Shown here piece by piece: positions 9,173-19,360 of a DNA stretch of 64,000 nt. The translations under genes were made by a program, and so were the position numbers. Positions within the stretch are counted from its first letter, which is position 1. Each line of letters starts with the position of its first letter. The notes under the pieces were generated by a model. It worked only from the letters and a program-made list of their open reading frames with translations, was not told the DNA's origin and made no database searches. The stretch comes from an uncultured delta proteobacterium (GTDB taxonomy: Bacteria; Desulfobacterota; Desulfobacteria; Desulfobacterales; JAFDCJ01), in assembly GCA_963769935.1 (NCBI GenBank), contig CAVYNY010000022.1, positions 160,001-224,000 of the forward strand, read 5' to 3'.

Positions 9173-10721
9173 TTCGCCATTGCCTCCGTTCTTGTTCCAG
9201 TTTGTCGTTGGATGCCGGTCTGGCCCGGGTCAGCGCCCATGTTCTGAGGGCTTGAACATTTTCCGCCATGGTGATTGAAAGCGGTACGGTGATCTCAATA
9301 CTTTGCAGGATGTCAGCGGTTGACAGGGGACGGTTTTCGTCAAAGGCATTGTAAAGTCCGTCGATGACGGCCTGCTCAATTTCAGCGCCGGAAAATCCGG
9401 TACATTTTTCGGCCAGCAGCGCAAGGTCGAAATCACGCGGACTGCGATTTCGCTTGGTCAAATGGATGCTGATGATGGACTGCCGTTCGCCCAATCCCGG
9501 CAGATCGAGAAAAAAGATTTCATCCCAGCGTCCTTTGCGGATCAGCTCAGGGGGCAGCGATGTAATGGTGTTGCCCGTCGCAAAGACAAAGACCGACGCT
9601 GTTTTTTCCTGCAGCCAGGTTGCCAGGGAGGCAAAAACTCGGGCGGCTGTACCGGCATCGGAGTTGGATGAACTGCCGACTCCGGCCATTGACTTTTCGA
9701 TTTCATCGATCCACAAAATGCAGGGTGCCAAGGCCTCCGCCGTGCGGATGGCCTGCCGGGTATTTTCTTCCGAGCCGCCCACCCGGCTTGAAAACAGCTT
9801 GCCCGTATCCAGGCGCAGCAGGGGGAATTTCCACAAAGCGGCGCAGGCTTTGGCGGTCAGGCTTTTGCCGCAGCCTTGGATGCCGAGCAAAAGAATCCCT
9901 TTGGGATGGGGCAGGCCGTAGGCCCTGGCTTTTTCCGTGAATGCCCGCTGCCTTTTGGATAACCAGGCCTTTAAATTCTCAAGTCCGCCGACTTGCTCCA
10001 TGGTTTCGCGGGCGTCGAAAAATTCAAGGATTCCGGTTTTTTTAATTATCTGTTTTTTGCTCGCCACGATTTCATCGATCAGCTTCGAATCTATGATGCC
10101 GCTGCTTTTCACTACGGCCCTTGCCAGACAGTTTTCGAATTCATCCATGGTCAGGCCCTGACCGGCGTTGATGAGCCGCTCCCGGTCAGCACTGTTCAAC
10201 TCTATTTTGACTCGCCGGCCTTCCAGGGTGCTTATAACAGATGCCAGGGTTGAGGACAGGTCCTCTTTGGCAGGCAGCGCAAAATCCAACAGGTAGATTT
10301 CATGCTCCAGTGCAAGGGGCAGCTCGCGAATCGGGGACAGGATAATAATGCTGTTATGACTCTCCTTGAAATGCCGGGCAACGTCTTTTAAAAGCCGCTG
10401 CACCAGCGGGTCATTGATGACGGCCTGGAAATCCTTCAGCAGGAAAATGCCTTCATCAGGCTTGCTCTGCTTCAGGTGCTCGAGCAGCGCAACCGGGTCC
10501 TTCAACTGATCCCGGATCTCACCGACCTTCCTTTTTTGCCATGGTTCATTCTTCAGGGCCGGGGCAATCCCGTAAAGACCTGAGCTGATCGTGTGGATCC
10601 ATAATTTGCGTCGAATCCTGCTGCATATGCGCTCGAGTTCTTCTACGAAGCGAGTTTCTTCGGGGCTGACCACGTAAATGATCGGATAGTTTGCCAATAT
10701 GCAAAGCTCGATTTCAGTCAT
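9150..10721 (-). CDS. Ycf46-type AAA+ ATPase
   Basis: YPIIYVVSPEE N-terminus, VGGLENLKAWL, Walker A GIQGCGKS, Walker B ILWIDEIEK, LIRKGRWDEIFF. Confidence 0.92.
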   Translation of the reverse strand: MTEIELCILANYPIIYVVSPEETRFVEELERICSRIRRKLWIHTISSGLYGIAPALKNEPWQKRKVGEIRDQLKDPVALLEHLKQSKPDEGIFLLKDFQAVINDPLVQRLLKDVARHFKESHNSIIILSPIRELPLALEHEIYLLDFALPAKEDLSSTLASVISTLEGRRVKIELNSADRERLINAGQGLTMDEFENCLARAVVKSSGIIDSKLIDEIVASKKQIIKKTGILEFFDARETMEQVGGLENLKAWLSKRQRAFTEKARAYGLPHPKGILLLGIQGCGKSLTAKACAALWKFPLLRLDTGKLFSSRVGGSEENTRQAIRTAEALAPCILWIDEIEKSMAGVGSSSNSDAGTAARVFASLATWLQEKTASVFVFATGNTITSLPPELIRKGRWDEIFFLDLPGLGERQSIISIHLTKRNRSPRDFDLALLAEKCTGFSGAEIEQAVIDGLYNAFDENRPLSTADILQSIEITVPLSITMAENVQALRTWALTRARPASNDKLEQERRQWRSGKIRSV

Positions 10722-10756
10722 GTTAGAATTCTTCTATGAAGAGGTTCATTCGTATG

Positions 10757-11517
10757 GGTTTCAGGTTTCACCTGTAATTCGTTAATTCCTAATTTCTAAA
10801 TGCCGACACCTTATATGAAACTACATCTCACACAGAGCGCTCAGAGGTCACAGAGGTTCGGGTTGGCAGCCGCCTGCGGCAAAAGAAAAATGTTCTCCGC
10901 GGCCTCTGTGAGCTCTAACGGAGTGGGCGTGATAGTAAATCCGACTGAGCCCGAATTTCCAAAAGTTTCTTTCTCGATTAATCTGGCCGTCTTTTGGGCC
11001 AGCGGCCCGGCTCGTGTGAAACTTCAAATAAAGGTATGTGGAATGGATTCGATTTTTATTTTTGTATAGACAGGATTAACAGGATTATCAGGAATTTTTT
11101 CGCCTGCGGCGAGGGGCCTTTCGGCCGAAGGCCGCATTATCCTGACGATCCTGTTGATCCTGTCCAATTATTTTTTTTAAAAGAAGAATCCATTCCTCTT
11201 TTTCTTTCCAATTTTAAAGTTTTTATCTGTTCAGACTGGATGCTTGCGGCCAGAGGCGGTGCTCATATGAAAATTCATCTGATTTAGAGTTATATTTCGG
11301 TTGAAGTTAATGTCTGGTGGGAGTGGTTTCCAACCTCGATTTTAGATGGCGGTCCGACCGAGTTCATCGCGGTTGCCTCCAGCCCGTAGGGCTTACGCCC
11401 CGGAAGGAAAACCGCTCCCACAAGATCCTTAAACTGTTATCAGGTTCTATATAAGTTTCTTTTTTGATCAGTCCGTCCGTTGTCTTGGCCGGCAGTTGGG
11501 CTGACACCTGAAACCTT
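10757..11517. repeat. Cluster of nested palindromic and REP-like intergenic repeats
   Basis: Several inverted-repeat units (cacagag/ctctgtg, gacaggattaacaggat/atcctgttgatcctgtc) and three diverged copies of an '...atcaga/aatctggcc...tggccagcggc...tgaaac' unit. Confidence 0.7.
11317..11421. repeat. REPIN-like element GTGGGAGTGG...CCGCTCCCAC with an internal insertion
   Basis: Same termini as 52297-52369. Confidence 0.7.
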
Positions 11518-11583
11518 TTAAAAACCTAGTATATTCAGACATTCCTGTGTATCCTGTCTGAAAAAAAGATAGAATTGAATAGA

Positions 11584-12336
11584 TCATAGATCGGAGCCTA
11601 ATAATTGTTTAATCCACTGCCGATACATCACCTCCGAATTCGGCACAACCGGGGGAAAGCGGCTCAACCAGTGAGTGCGGATTTTATGTTTGGTCGGAAC
11701 CCAAAAGATGTGATTATTCATTGGCCGTAGATTTACAGATGAAGGCAGCTTCTCAATTATCGTCGATGTCTTAGCTGGATATAGGGGACACAGCTTCGAG
11801 GATTCCATGGTCTTTGCCAGAGCATATTTATCCAGGGCGGCCTGCTGGTAACTTCCCTTTTCTGATCTGAAATAGGAAAACCAATAGCGCTCGCCTCTTT
11901 TCAAAGAAGCCAGTGAATAATTCATCAATCCAATGCCGAAGAGGTGGCATCCAAGATATGCCAGGCGGCGGTCCAAACTTTCAGACCGGCAGCCGGCGTA
12001 ATCCACAGCGCATTTTAAAAGTCCGGCAAGTTGATGAACATCGCCGGTTCCGAGGCTGTTTCCCTTCACATGGACCACGGTGCCGGTCCAGCGGTTTGAC
12101 AGCTCCAGCAACTCTGCCAGGTTCTGAAGATCGGTCTTTAAGGTAAATATGCCTCTGGTAACCGTTTTTCCACTTTCCCGAAGCAAATCATAGCGTTCCT
12201 GGGCCCGATCCAGCAGAACAAGTACGCGGTCTTCATCTTTCCTTGCGGCAGGTTTGCGGTCTATCTCCACCGACACCCACCAACCGCGATCTTTCCATTC
12301 TTTTTTGTGTTTCAACATTGAGCACACAGCGGTCAA
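11584..12336 (-). CDS. Hypothetical protein with Cys motifs (LGCH, LCP)
   Basis: 250-aa ORF co-oriented with the flanking locus. No family recognised. Confidence 0.7.
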   Translation of the reverse strand: MTAVCSMLKHKKEWKDRGWWVSVEIDRKPAARKDEDRVLVLLDRAQERYDLLRESGKTVTRGIFTLKTDLQNLAELLELSNRWTGTVVHVKGNSLGTGDVHQLAGLLKCAVDYAGCRSESLDRRLAYLGCHLFGIGLMNYSLASLKRGERYWFSYFRSEKGSYQQAALDKYALAKTMESSKLCPLYPAKTSTIIEKLPSSVNLRPMNNHIFWVPTKHKIRTHWLSRFPPVVPNSEVMYRQWIKQLLGSDL

Positions 12337-12394
12337 AGATTCGTGGTAATTCGTGTCAATTCGTGGTTAAGTAATTTGCGGTGAATGTTTGTAT

Positions 12395-12413
12395 TGTTCG
12401 ATGATAACGAACA
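12395..12413. promoter_or_regulatory. Palindromic operator candidate TGTTCG-N7-CGAACA
   Basis: TGTTCG ATGATAA CGAACA about 60 bp upstream of 12336. Related site at 14213-14231. Confidence 0.65.
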
Positions 12414-12443
12414 GTTAAGGCAAAAAAATATAACTAAAGGGTC

Positions 12444-12730
12444 AACCCTAATTGAGCGAAAGTCGAGGGTGCCCCAGCTTCAAGGCGTCCAAGAGTGAAG
12501 CTGTAGTTGCCTACCGCAAACCCTTGGCAACGCAGAAGATGGGGTGCCATCGGCTTTCCCGCGTTGTTTTCAGGGTAAACAAAATGGGATTTAAAATGGA
12601 CATTTACATCTGATTTATATTAGAATTAAAATTCACATAAGAAGTAAAATTTATAGAGAAAATATGAACATACATCGTAATATCAAAAAGATAAAAACCC
12701 ATCCCATTTTGTTTACGATCATTTAGGGTT
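12444..12730. mobile_element. MITE-like element containing a nested AT-rich element (12575-12716)
   Basis: Outer inverted repeat AACCCTAATTGA / TCATTTAGGGTT (11/12). Inner perfect 16-bp inverted repeat GTAAACAAAATGGGAT / ATCCCATTTTGTTTAC. Confidence 0.65.
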
Positions 12731-13561
12731 TAAGCCATCACATATGACGCCTTCCAAGACAATCTTAGCCTGAGTTTCATTTTTCACCAACCCCAGATCC
12801 TGCAGCCGTATAATCATCGCCTGTTTGGACACATTGAAGAAGCCGCCGGCCTCTTTGATCAAACCGGCAATCTGCGGCCAGGTTTCAACACAAGGATCAA
12901 AACACAGGGGCCCGCAAAAGGCGCTTTTGACATTGTATAGGATCAACGGCTTGGCGCCGTAGCATTTATAAAAGGCATCTTTAACCGCTGTTTCCGGCAT
13001 CAGCATGCATGACGCGAAATAATCCGCCTGCCATTCGATGGGTTTTTTGGCATCCCTGATCCGGCAGAAAATAAAGCCACCGATATGATCCTGTAAAGCG
13101 TTCGGCGAAATTGCGCCGCAGCCATCCGCCTTTGAGTTCTGCCCGAGGTCTGACTCGAAATCGTTAAGGTCTGCTGATTCTAATCTATTGCGGCGATGGC
13201 GAATGAAGCCGCCACCGGTTCGGCAGGCCTGGTCGACCAACTTCCGGTGCAAAACCCAGTGGCCGGTCTCGTGGGCAAAGGTGAAACTCAGCCGGCCTTC
13301 ATTTTGATTTTCCGCCAGACTTTGATCGACACAGATCACGCCTTCCCTGACGTAAGTGGCGCCGAGGACATCATCCAATTTCAGCTTTTTTCTAAGATCG
13401 ATGAATCCCAGCCTCAGGCTCAGGCCGCGTTCGATGATTTTTTCAACCGGGATCGGCGGCTGAACACGACGTTTTATTTTTGCTTCATAGTCGGTAAGCA
13501 CACCGGCAGCCGCAGCCGCAATTGATTTTTTAGTCAGCCAGGGAACTTTTAATTGTTGCAT
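12719..13561 (-). CDS. ImmA/IrrE-family Zn metallopeptidase
   Basis: PPIPVEKI, GRLSFTFAHETGHWVLH (HExxH), EWQADYFASCMLMP, FNVSKQAMIIRLQDLG. Confidence 0.92.
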   Translation of the reverse strand: MQQLKVPWLTKKSIAAAAAGVLTDYEAKIKRRVQPPIPVEKIIERGLSLRLGFIDLRKKLKLDDVLGATYVREGVICVDQSLAENQNEGRLSFTFAHETGHWVLHRKLVDQACRTGGGFIRHRRNRLESADLNDFESDLGQNSKADGCGAISPNALQDHIGGFIFCRIRDAKKPIEWQADYFASCMLMPETAVKDAFYKCYGAKPLILYNVKSAFCGPLCFDPCVETWPQIAGLIKEAGGFFNVSKQAMIIRLQDLGLVKNETQAKIVLEGVICDGLNPK

Positions 13562-13617
13562 GATTTCAGCTCACTTCAAAATATGAAATATAAGATGAAA
13601 AAGTGCACAGCAATAAG

Positions 13618-13712
13618 TAATTAATCCGCCGGGCCTTGGAATTAGCAATTCTCTTCGGTTTTTAAGGATCAAATTACAACCCTGAATGGGTTATTTTTCA
13701 GGGCGGATTAGT
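13618..13712. mobile_element. ~95-bp MITE-like element, TAATTAATCCGCC family
   Basis: Terminal inverted repeats. Relatives at 19117, 30507 and 41886. Confidence 0.7.
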
Positions 13713-13832
13713 GATTACGGAATGCAGATTGTGAATTATAACAAAATGGGAAATCCGTGAAGATCTGTGAAAATCTGCCTGCCTTGTGAAATTTATATCT
13801 CATTTCACCGGGGTGTCCCATATTAAATAAAG

Positions 13833-14189
13833 TTACTCCTTTTTACCCAATTTTGCAGCTTCCGCCAATTTGGTGAGTGTATCCCAGTCGTCACTGTCGA
13901 ATTTTTTTTCCCGGGCCATTCTTAAAAAGTCGGCTATTTCCGGTTCACGGGCAACGTAGCGGGAAATTTCCGGATCCATTTTTTGAGCTGAGTTTAAAAG
14001 TTCCTTTTTGTCTACATACAACGCCGCCGCAATCTTTAAAAGAACGTCTTCTGAGGGGGGCGGAACATGGTCATGTTCCACATCACTTAAATATCCGGGA
14101 GATTTGTTGATGAGACGGGCCAGTTCCCTGAGCCCGACGTCAGCATGTATTCTGAGATCGCGTAATTTTTTACCAAAGGTGTCGGTCAT
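13833..14189 (-). CDS. XRE-family HTH transcriptional regulator
   Basis: TFGKKLRDLR...GLRELARLINKSPGYLSDVEH...PPSEDVLLKIAAAL. Directly upstream of ImmA/IrrE. Confidence 0.92.
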   Translation of the reverse strand: MTDTFGKKLRDLRIHADVGLRELARLINKSPGYLSDVEHDHVPPPSEDVLLKIAAALYVDKKELLNSAQKMDPEISRYVAREPEIADFLRMAREKKFDSDDWDTLTKLAEAAKLGKKE

Positions 14190-14212
14190 AAATTGTTCAA
14201 GTAAGGCATTTG

Positions 14213-14246
14213 CGTTCTATCCTATCGAACATTAATATTTTGTCAA
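14213..14246 (-). promoter_or_regulatory. Sigma70-like promoter of the XRE gene with an operator overlapping the -10
   Basis: Minus strand TTGACA-16nt-TAGGAT. TGTTCG ATAGGAT AGAACG spans the -10. Confidence 0.65.
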
Positions 14247-14793
14247 GAGGAAAATTCTTTGTTGAATTTTTTTTTAATGTTGCTTATCTTGTGCTCCGAA
14301 TGGTTTCAAAGTACAGGGTTCAGAGGTTTGGGGCTGCGCGCTGCGCGCTTCCGACTTCGCTCTTCGAGCTACGACGGGACAAGACGACCCCAGAGGCAGG
14401 GTTCAGAGGACAGACGACAGCTGTCAGGGGTCAGAAGATAAATTACAGAGGACGGACAATCGAATTCGGAAATCGGACCCGCCGTCGTCCGATAAGACGG
14501 GGCTGTGGCGCGGCAAGCACGGGGAAGGCGGGAAAAAAGCCGAAGGTGGGAGAAGGAACGAATCGATTATTGATATCAGATTTCGGATTGTGAATCGGAG
14601 CAGCAAAGGGCGGAGGGCAAAGGCTATGAAAATTGTTTATCCCATCAGGTCTCACTTCTAATTCCCTTAAGTTGAACTCCGCGTCTCCGCTTCCCAGCCT
14701 CCGGACCTCCTGGCTTTCCCGCTTTTCTGCTGTGATCTATCAACCATCAACTCAACAAAAACAACAAACTCGAAAAACGCATTTGGAGATGCC

Positions 14794-15946
14794 GTGGACA
14801 ACATCCGTACCGTACAATTAAATTTGCCGCCGGGGAGGATTGATTTCGGGGTCGGCCAGCCGAGCCCGGCGTTGCTGCCCCTGGCGCTGCTGAAAGAAGC
14901 GGCCGCGCAACGATTGAACAGCCGGGATGCTTCTTTGCTGGCGTATGGCGCCGAGGAGGGTGACGGATATTTCCGTCTGGCGCTGGCCCGGTTTCTCAGC
15001 GCGCATTATCAAGTGCCGGTCGATTTTGATAGTCTTTTTATCACCGCCGGAGCGTCCCAGGGACTGGATCTGATTTGCACGCTGCTCAGCCGGCCCGGTG
15101 ACACCATATTCGTGGAAGAGCCAAGCTATTTTCTGGCCCTGCGAATTTTTGCCGATCACGGGCTGAACATTGTCAGCCTGCCGATGGATGCACACGGTTT
15201 AATTGTCGACGCCGTCGAAGAAAAACTAACCCGGCAGACGCCCGCTTTCTTATACACAATCCCGACCTTTCACAATCCCTCCAGTGCGACCCTTGCAGCC
15301 GACCGGCGCGATCGGCTCGTGCAATTGAGCCGGCAGTATAATCTATTGATAATAGCAGATGAAGTATACCACATGCTGTCCTATTCGGATGCCCCGCCCA
15401 AGCCCCTGGCAAGCCATATTGACAACAGCTCCGTGCTTTCTCTGGGATCTTTTTCAAAAATTATGGCCCCCGGGCTGCGTCTGGGGTGGATCCAGGGGGG
15501 TGCCCAATTGCTGCAACGTTTCACGGGCTGCGGACTGCTTGACAGCGGCGGCGGGCTGAATCCCTTTACATCGGGCATCATTCGCAGCGCCGTTGAAAAC
15601 GGTCTGCTGGAAAACCAGCTGCGGAACCTGATAACCGCCTACAACCGGCGCAAAACCGCCCTGGCCGATGCCCTGAGGGATAGCCTGCCGGAGACGAGTG
15701 CATTTTGTCGAACCCGGCGGGGGCTTTTTCATCTGGCTGGAATTCCCGGAAAAAATCGACACCAATCATTTGCTGGCTGCCGCTTTTGAACAAAACGTCG
15801 GTTTTTTACCGGGCATGAAATTTTCCGCACATAAAGGACTGAAAAATTTTGCCCGGTTGAGCTTCTCATATTATGATATACCAGAGTTGGAGGAAGGCGC
15901 CCGGCGACTGGGGAAGGTTATCAAAGAGTATATAAATGATGAATGA
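14794..15946 (+). CDS. PLP-dependent aminotransferase (class I/II, ARO8/MocR-like), frameshift near 15700
   Basis: ITAGASQGLD, YTIPTFHNPS, IIADEVY, GSFSKIMAPGLRLGW. C-terminus (EPGGGFFIW...RLSFS) lies in ORF 15698-15946. Confidence 0.9.
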
Positions 15947-15951
15947 AGAAT

Positions 15952-16050
15952 GATGCTGGATACTGGATGCTGGATACTGGATGCTGGATAAACTGGGTAT
16001 GATACTGGATAGGTGAAAGGTTAATGGTAAAAGGTCAAAGGCGCAGGAGG
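15952..16050. repeat. Heptamer tandem arrays (CTGGATR)n then (AAAGGY-type)n
   Basis: gatgctggatactggatgctggatactggatgctggata. A similar composite occurs at 44741-44854. Confidence 0.8.
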
Positions 16051-16152
16051 CACACTTCAGTCTTTTAAAATAGACTTGTCATCCCGCTCCATCGGGAGCG
16101 CAAGGCTCACGGCGGTGGATATAGATCCTATTTGGATTTGGAGATACACCCT

Positions 16153-19108
16153 ATGGTTAGAAAATCCAGCTCTTTTAACAGCGATAGAATTCAAGTGTCC
16201 GATATCGACATAAAATGGGATACGAAGCAGGGGGTGTGCACTTTTGAAGACCTGCCGGTCGCCATGATGTGGATCGATTCAACGCTTGCAGGTTTCATGT
16301 CAGGTGTTCAGGCAATGGTCGGCACCGAGCGTTTCGGCCTGGCCCTTCAGAGTGAAGGGCGAAAAAGTGTCGAGGCTGATTGGCAAATTATCACCCGATT
16401 CGCAGATTTCGCCGCAGGTTTCAGGGCCATTGCCAATATCGCCGCGGTCGCGGGCTGGGGCGACTGGGAATTGATATTACTTGATGAGAAACAAAAGCGA
16501 TGTCAAATCAGGGTCCGGAACAGCTGGGAAGGTCTTTATCAGAAAGCTCTGGGAGTTTGCTGGGGCAGCGGCATGTTGGCGGGTAAAATGGCCGGTTACT
16601 GTACAAAACATTTTGGCACCAACTGCTGGGCTGAGCAGAAAAAATTCATCGCCAATGGGGATGATTTTGATGAATTCCTAATAGTACCTTCGGAGCGCAC
16701 GGTAGAAGAGGAGATTGAAAATCTGCTGGCAACCGATGAGGCCACCCGAGCAGATATGGCGGTGGCTCTGGAAAAGCTAAAAAGGGAAATCTCGGTTCGG
16801 GAGCGGGCCGAAAAAACACTGCGGGAATCTGAAGAAAAATATCGCCGTCTCGTTGATTTATCTTTTGAAGGCATCGGGATTCACTGCGAGGGGAAAATCG
16901 TCTACATTAATAAAACCGGTGCAGAACTTATAGGTGGAGGCTCCCCTGAAGATATTATTGGCAAGCCCGTGCTGGATTTTGTTCATCCGGACTATAGAGA
17001 TTCTGTTATAAAAAGAATGCAGACATTAGAGGCTAAAGGAATTGGGGCGGCTATTGATGAAGAGAAATTTATCGGAATCGATGGACGAGAGCTTACCGTG
17101 GAGGTTGCAGGGGTTCCGATGGTTTACCAGGGAAAACCAGCTATCCAGGTGTTTTTCGTGATATAACCGATCTCAAGCGGAAAGAGAAGCGTTGAGGGAA
17201 AGTGAGGAGCGGTTTCGTACGCTGACGAAAGGACAAGTGATTGGATATGGGAAGTGGACCGAAACGGCATTTACACCTATGCCAGTCCCAAGGTGAAAGA
17301 TTTACTGGGATATGAATCAGATGAGGTTATTGGCAAGACGCCATTTGCATTTATGCCCACTGACGAAGGCAACGAGTTAGTCGACTATTTCAAAATATCA
17401 TCCGGTCCAAAAACCTTTTCAAGGCTAGAGAATACTTGCATTCACAGGGAGGGGAGACAAGTCACGCTTGAGACCAGTGGTGTCCCCATTTTGATACCGA
17501 CGGAAATCTGCTCGGATATAGAGGTGTTGATCGAGATATTACGAAACGTAAACAGGCCGAGGAGGCATTGCGGGAAAGTGAAAGAATATCGGCTCCTTAT
17601 CGAAAACATTCCCTCCGTTGCCTGGGTTACCAGTCAGGATGGCCGAACCGTTTTCATCAGTTCAAATGTGGAAAAAGTATATGGCTACACTGCTGATGAG
17701 ATCCTATCAAAAGGTAAAGAACTTTGGTTGGACAGGGTTCACCTCGATGATCGAGATCAGGTAAAAGAAGCCTTTAGAATGCTGTTTGATCAGAAAGTTC
17801 AATATAACGTAGAGTACAGGATTCAGCGAAAGGATGGACAATGGATTTGGATCCACGACAGGGCCAACATTGTTGAAGAGCAGGCGGGAGAACATTTTGC
17901 CTATCGGGGTGTTCTCGGATATCACCGAGCGCAAGCGCGCGGAGGAGGAAAAGGAGAATTTGCAGTCCCAGTTGCAGCAGGTTCAGAAAATAGAGGCGAT
18001 AGGAACGTTTGCCGGCGGCATTGCCCATGACTTCAACAACCTGTTGATGGGAATACAGGGCCGTGCTTCGCTGATGTCGGTGGAGTTGAATCCCTCCCAT
18101 CCCCACATCGAACATCTTAATGCCATTGAGGAATATATCCAGAGTGCCGCGAATTTGACCAAGCAACTGTTGGGTTTTGCCCGAGGCGGGAAATATGAAG
18201 TAAAAGCCATCGATATGAATGAATTGGTGCGAAACAGCGCGTCGATGTTCGGCCGGACAAAAAAAGAAATCAAGATCCACACCAAATTGCAGTATCATCC
18301 GACTCCCGTGGTGGAAGCCGACCGGAGGCAGATCGAGCAGGTGCTGCTGAATATGTATGTCAACGCATGGCAGGCCATGCCTGCCGGCGGGGAGCTGTAC
18401 CTGGAAACAAAGATCGTACAGTTGGATGATGAATACTGCAAGCCGCATCAGATAGAACCAGGACGGTATGTCAAGGTGTCGGTCACGGATACCGGCATCG
18501 GCATGGACGAAACCACCCGGCAGAGAGTTTTCGACCCGTTTTTCACGACCAAAGAAAAGGGCCGCGGCACCGGTTTAGGGTTGGCCTCAGCTTACGGGAT
18601 TACAAAGAACCACGGCGGCATGATTACAGTCTACAGTGAGATCGGCCGCGGAACCACATTCAACATCTATTTGCCGGTATCTGATAAGGAAGAGTATCGC
18701 GAGAGTCCCGTGGCAGGAAAGCTGATCAAGGGATCGGAGAACATTCTGCTGGTTGATGACGAAGAGATGATCATCGATGTGGGCCGATCAATGCTGGAAA
18801 AGTTGGGCTATCGTGTAGTTGTTGCCAGGGGCGGCCAGGAAGCCTTGGACGCTGTCAGCAACATGGGAGAAGAAATCGATTTAGTGATCCTTGACATGAT
18901 CATGCCCGGGATCGACGGCGGCAAGACCTTCGATCGCATCCGTGAGATTCAGTCGCTGATGCCGGTGTTACTTTCCAGCGGTTATGCCATCAGCGGCCAG
19001 GCAGATGAAATCATGCGCAGGGGATGCAACGGGTTCATTCAAAAGCCGTTCAACATCTTCGAGCTTTCCCAACTGGTTCGAAAACTTCTGGATGAGGGGA
19101 AAACCTAA
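16153..19108 (+). CDS. Hybrid sensor histidine kinase (V4R/XylR-N-like, three PAS, HisKA, HATPase, receiver), several frameshifts
   Basis: GGIAHDFNNLL, FDPFFTTKEKGRGTGLGL, ILLVDDEE, DMIMPG. PAS motifs are spread over three ORFs. Confidence 0.88.
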
Positions 19109-19116
19109 TTTAAAAG

Positions 19117-19212
19117 TAATTAATCCTCCCTGAAAACAGCACATACAGGGTTGTTGATTAATTTTTGCAAATTGAAGAAAATTGTTAGATCGAAAGACCG
19201 GCGGATTAATTA
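19117..19212. mobile_element. MITE-like element, TAATTAATCCGCC family
   Basis: TAATTAATCCTCC...GGCGGATTAATTA. Confidence 0.7.
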
Positions 19213-19360
19213 CTCTATGCGGCGCATTTTGTTTTACGCTGATCCACTTTTGCCTGTCTGACTGCATGCAAGCGAGTGATCTTGCGAATATTCGGGGCCG
19301 CGGCCGTCCAAACCACATTGGACGGAAGTTTAAAAATCAACCATATAAAGGCGAACAGAA

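Noticed and set aside
10800..11287. ORFs of 89 and 97 aa
   Set aside because: They are translations of palindromic repeat DNA.
14210..14821. Several short overlapping ORFs
   Set aside because: The region consists of short tandem and palindromic repeats with no protein motifs.
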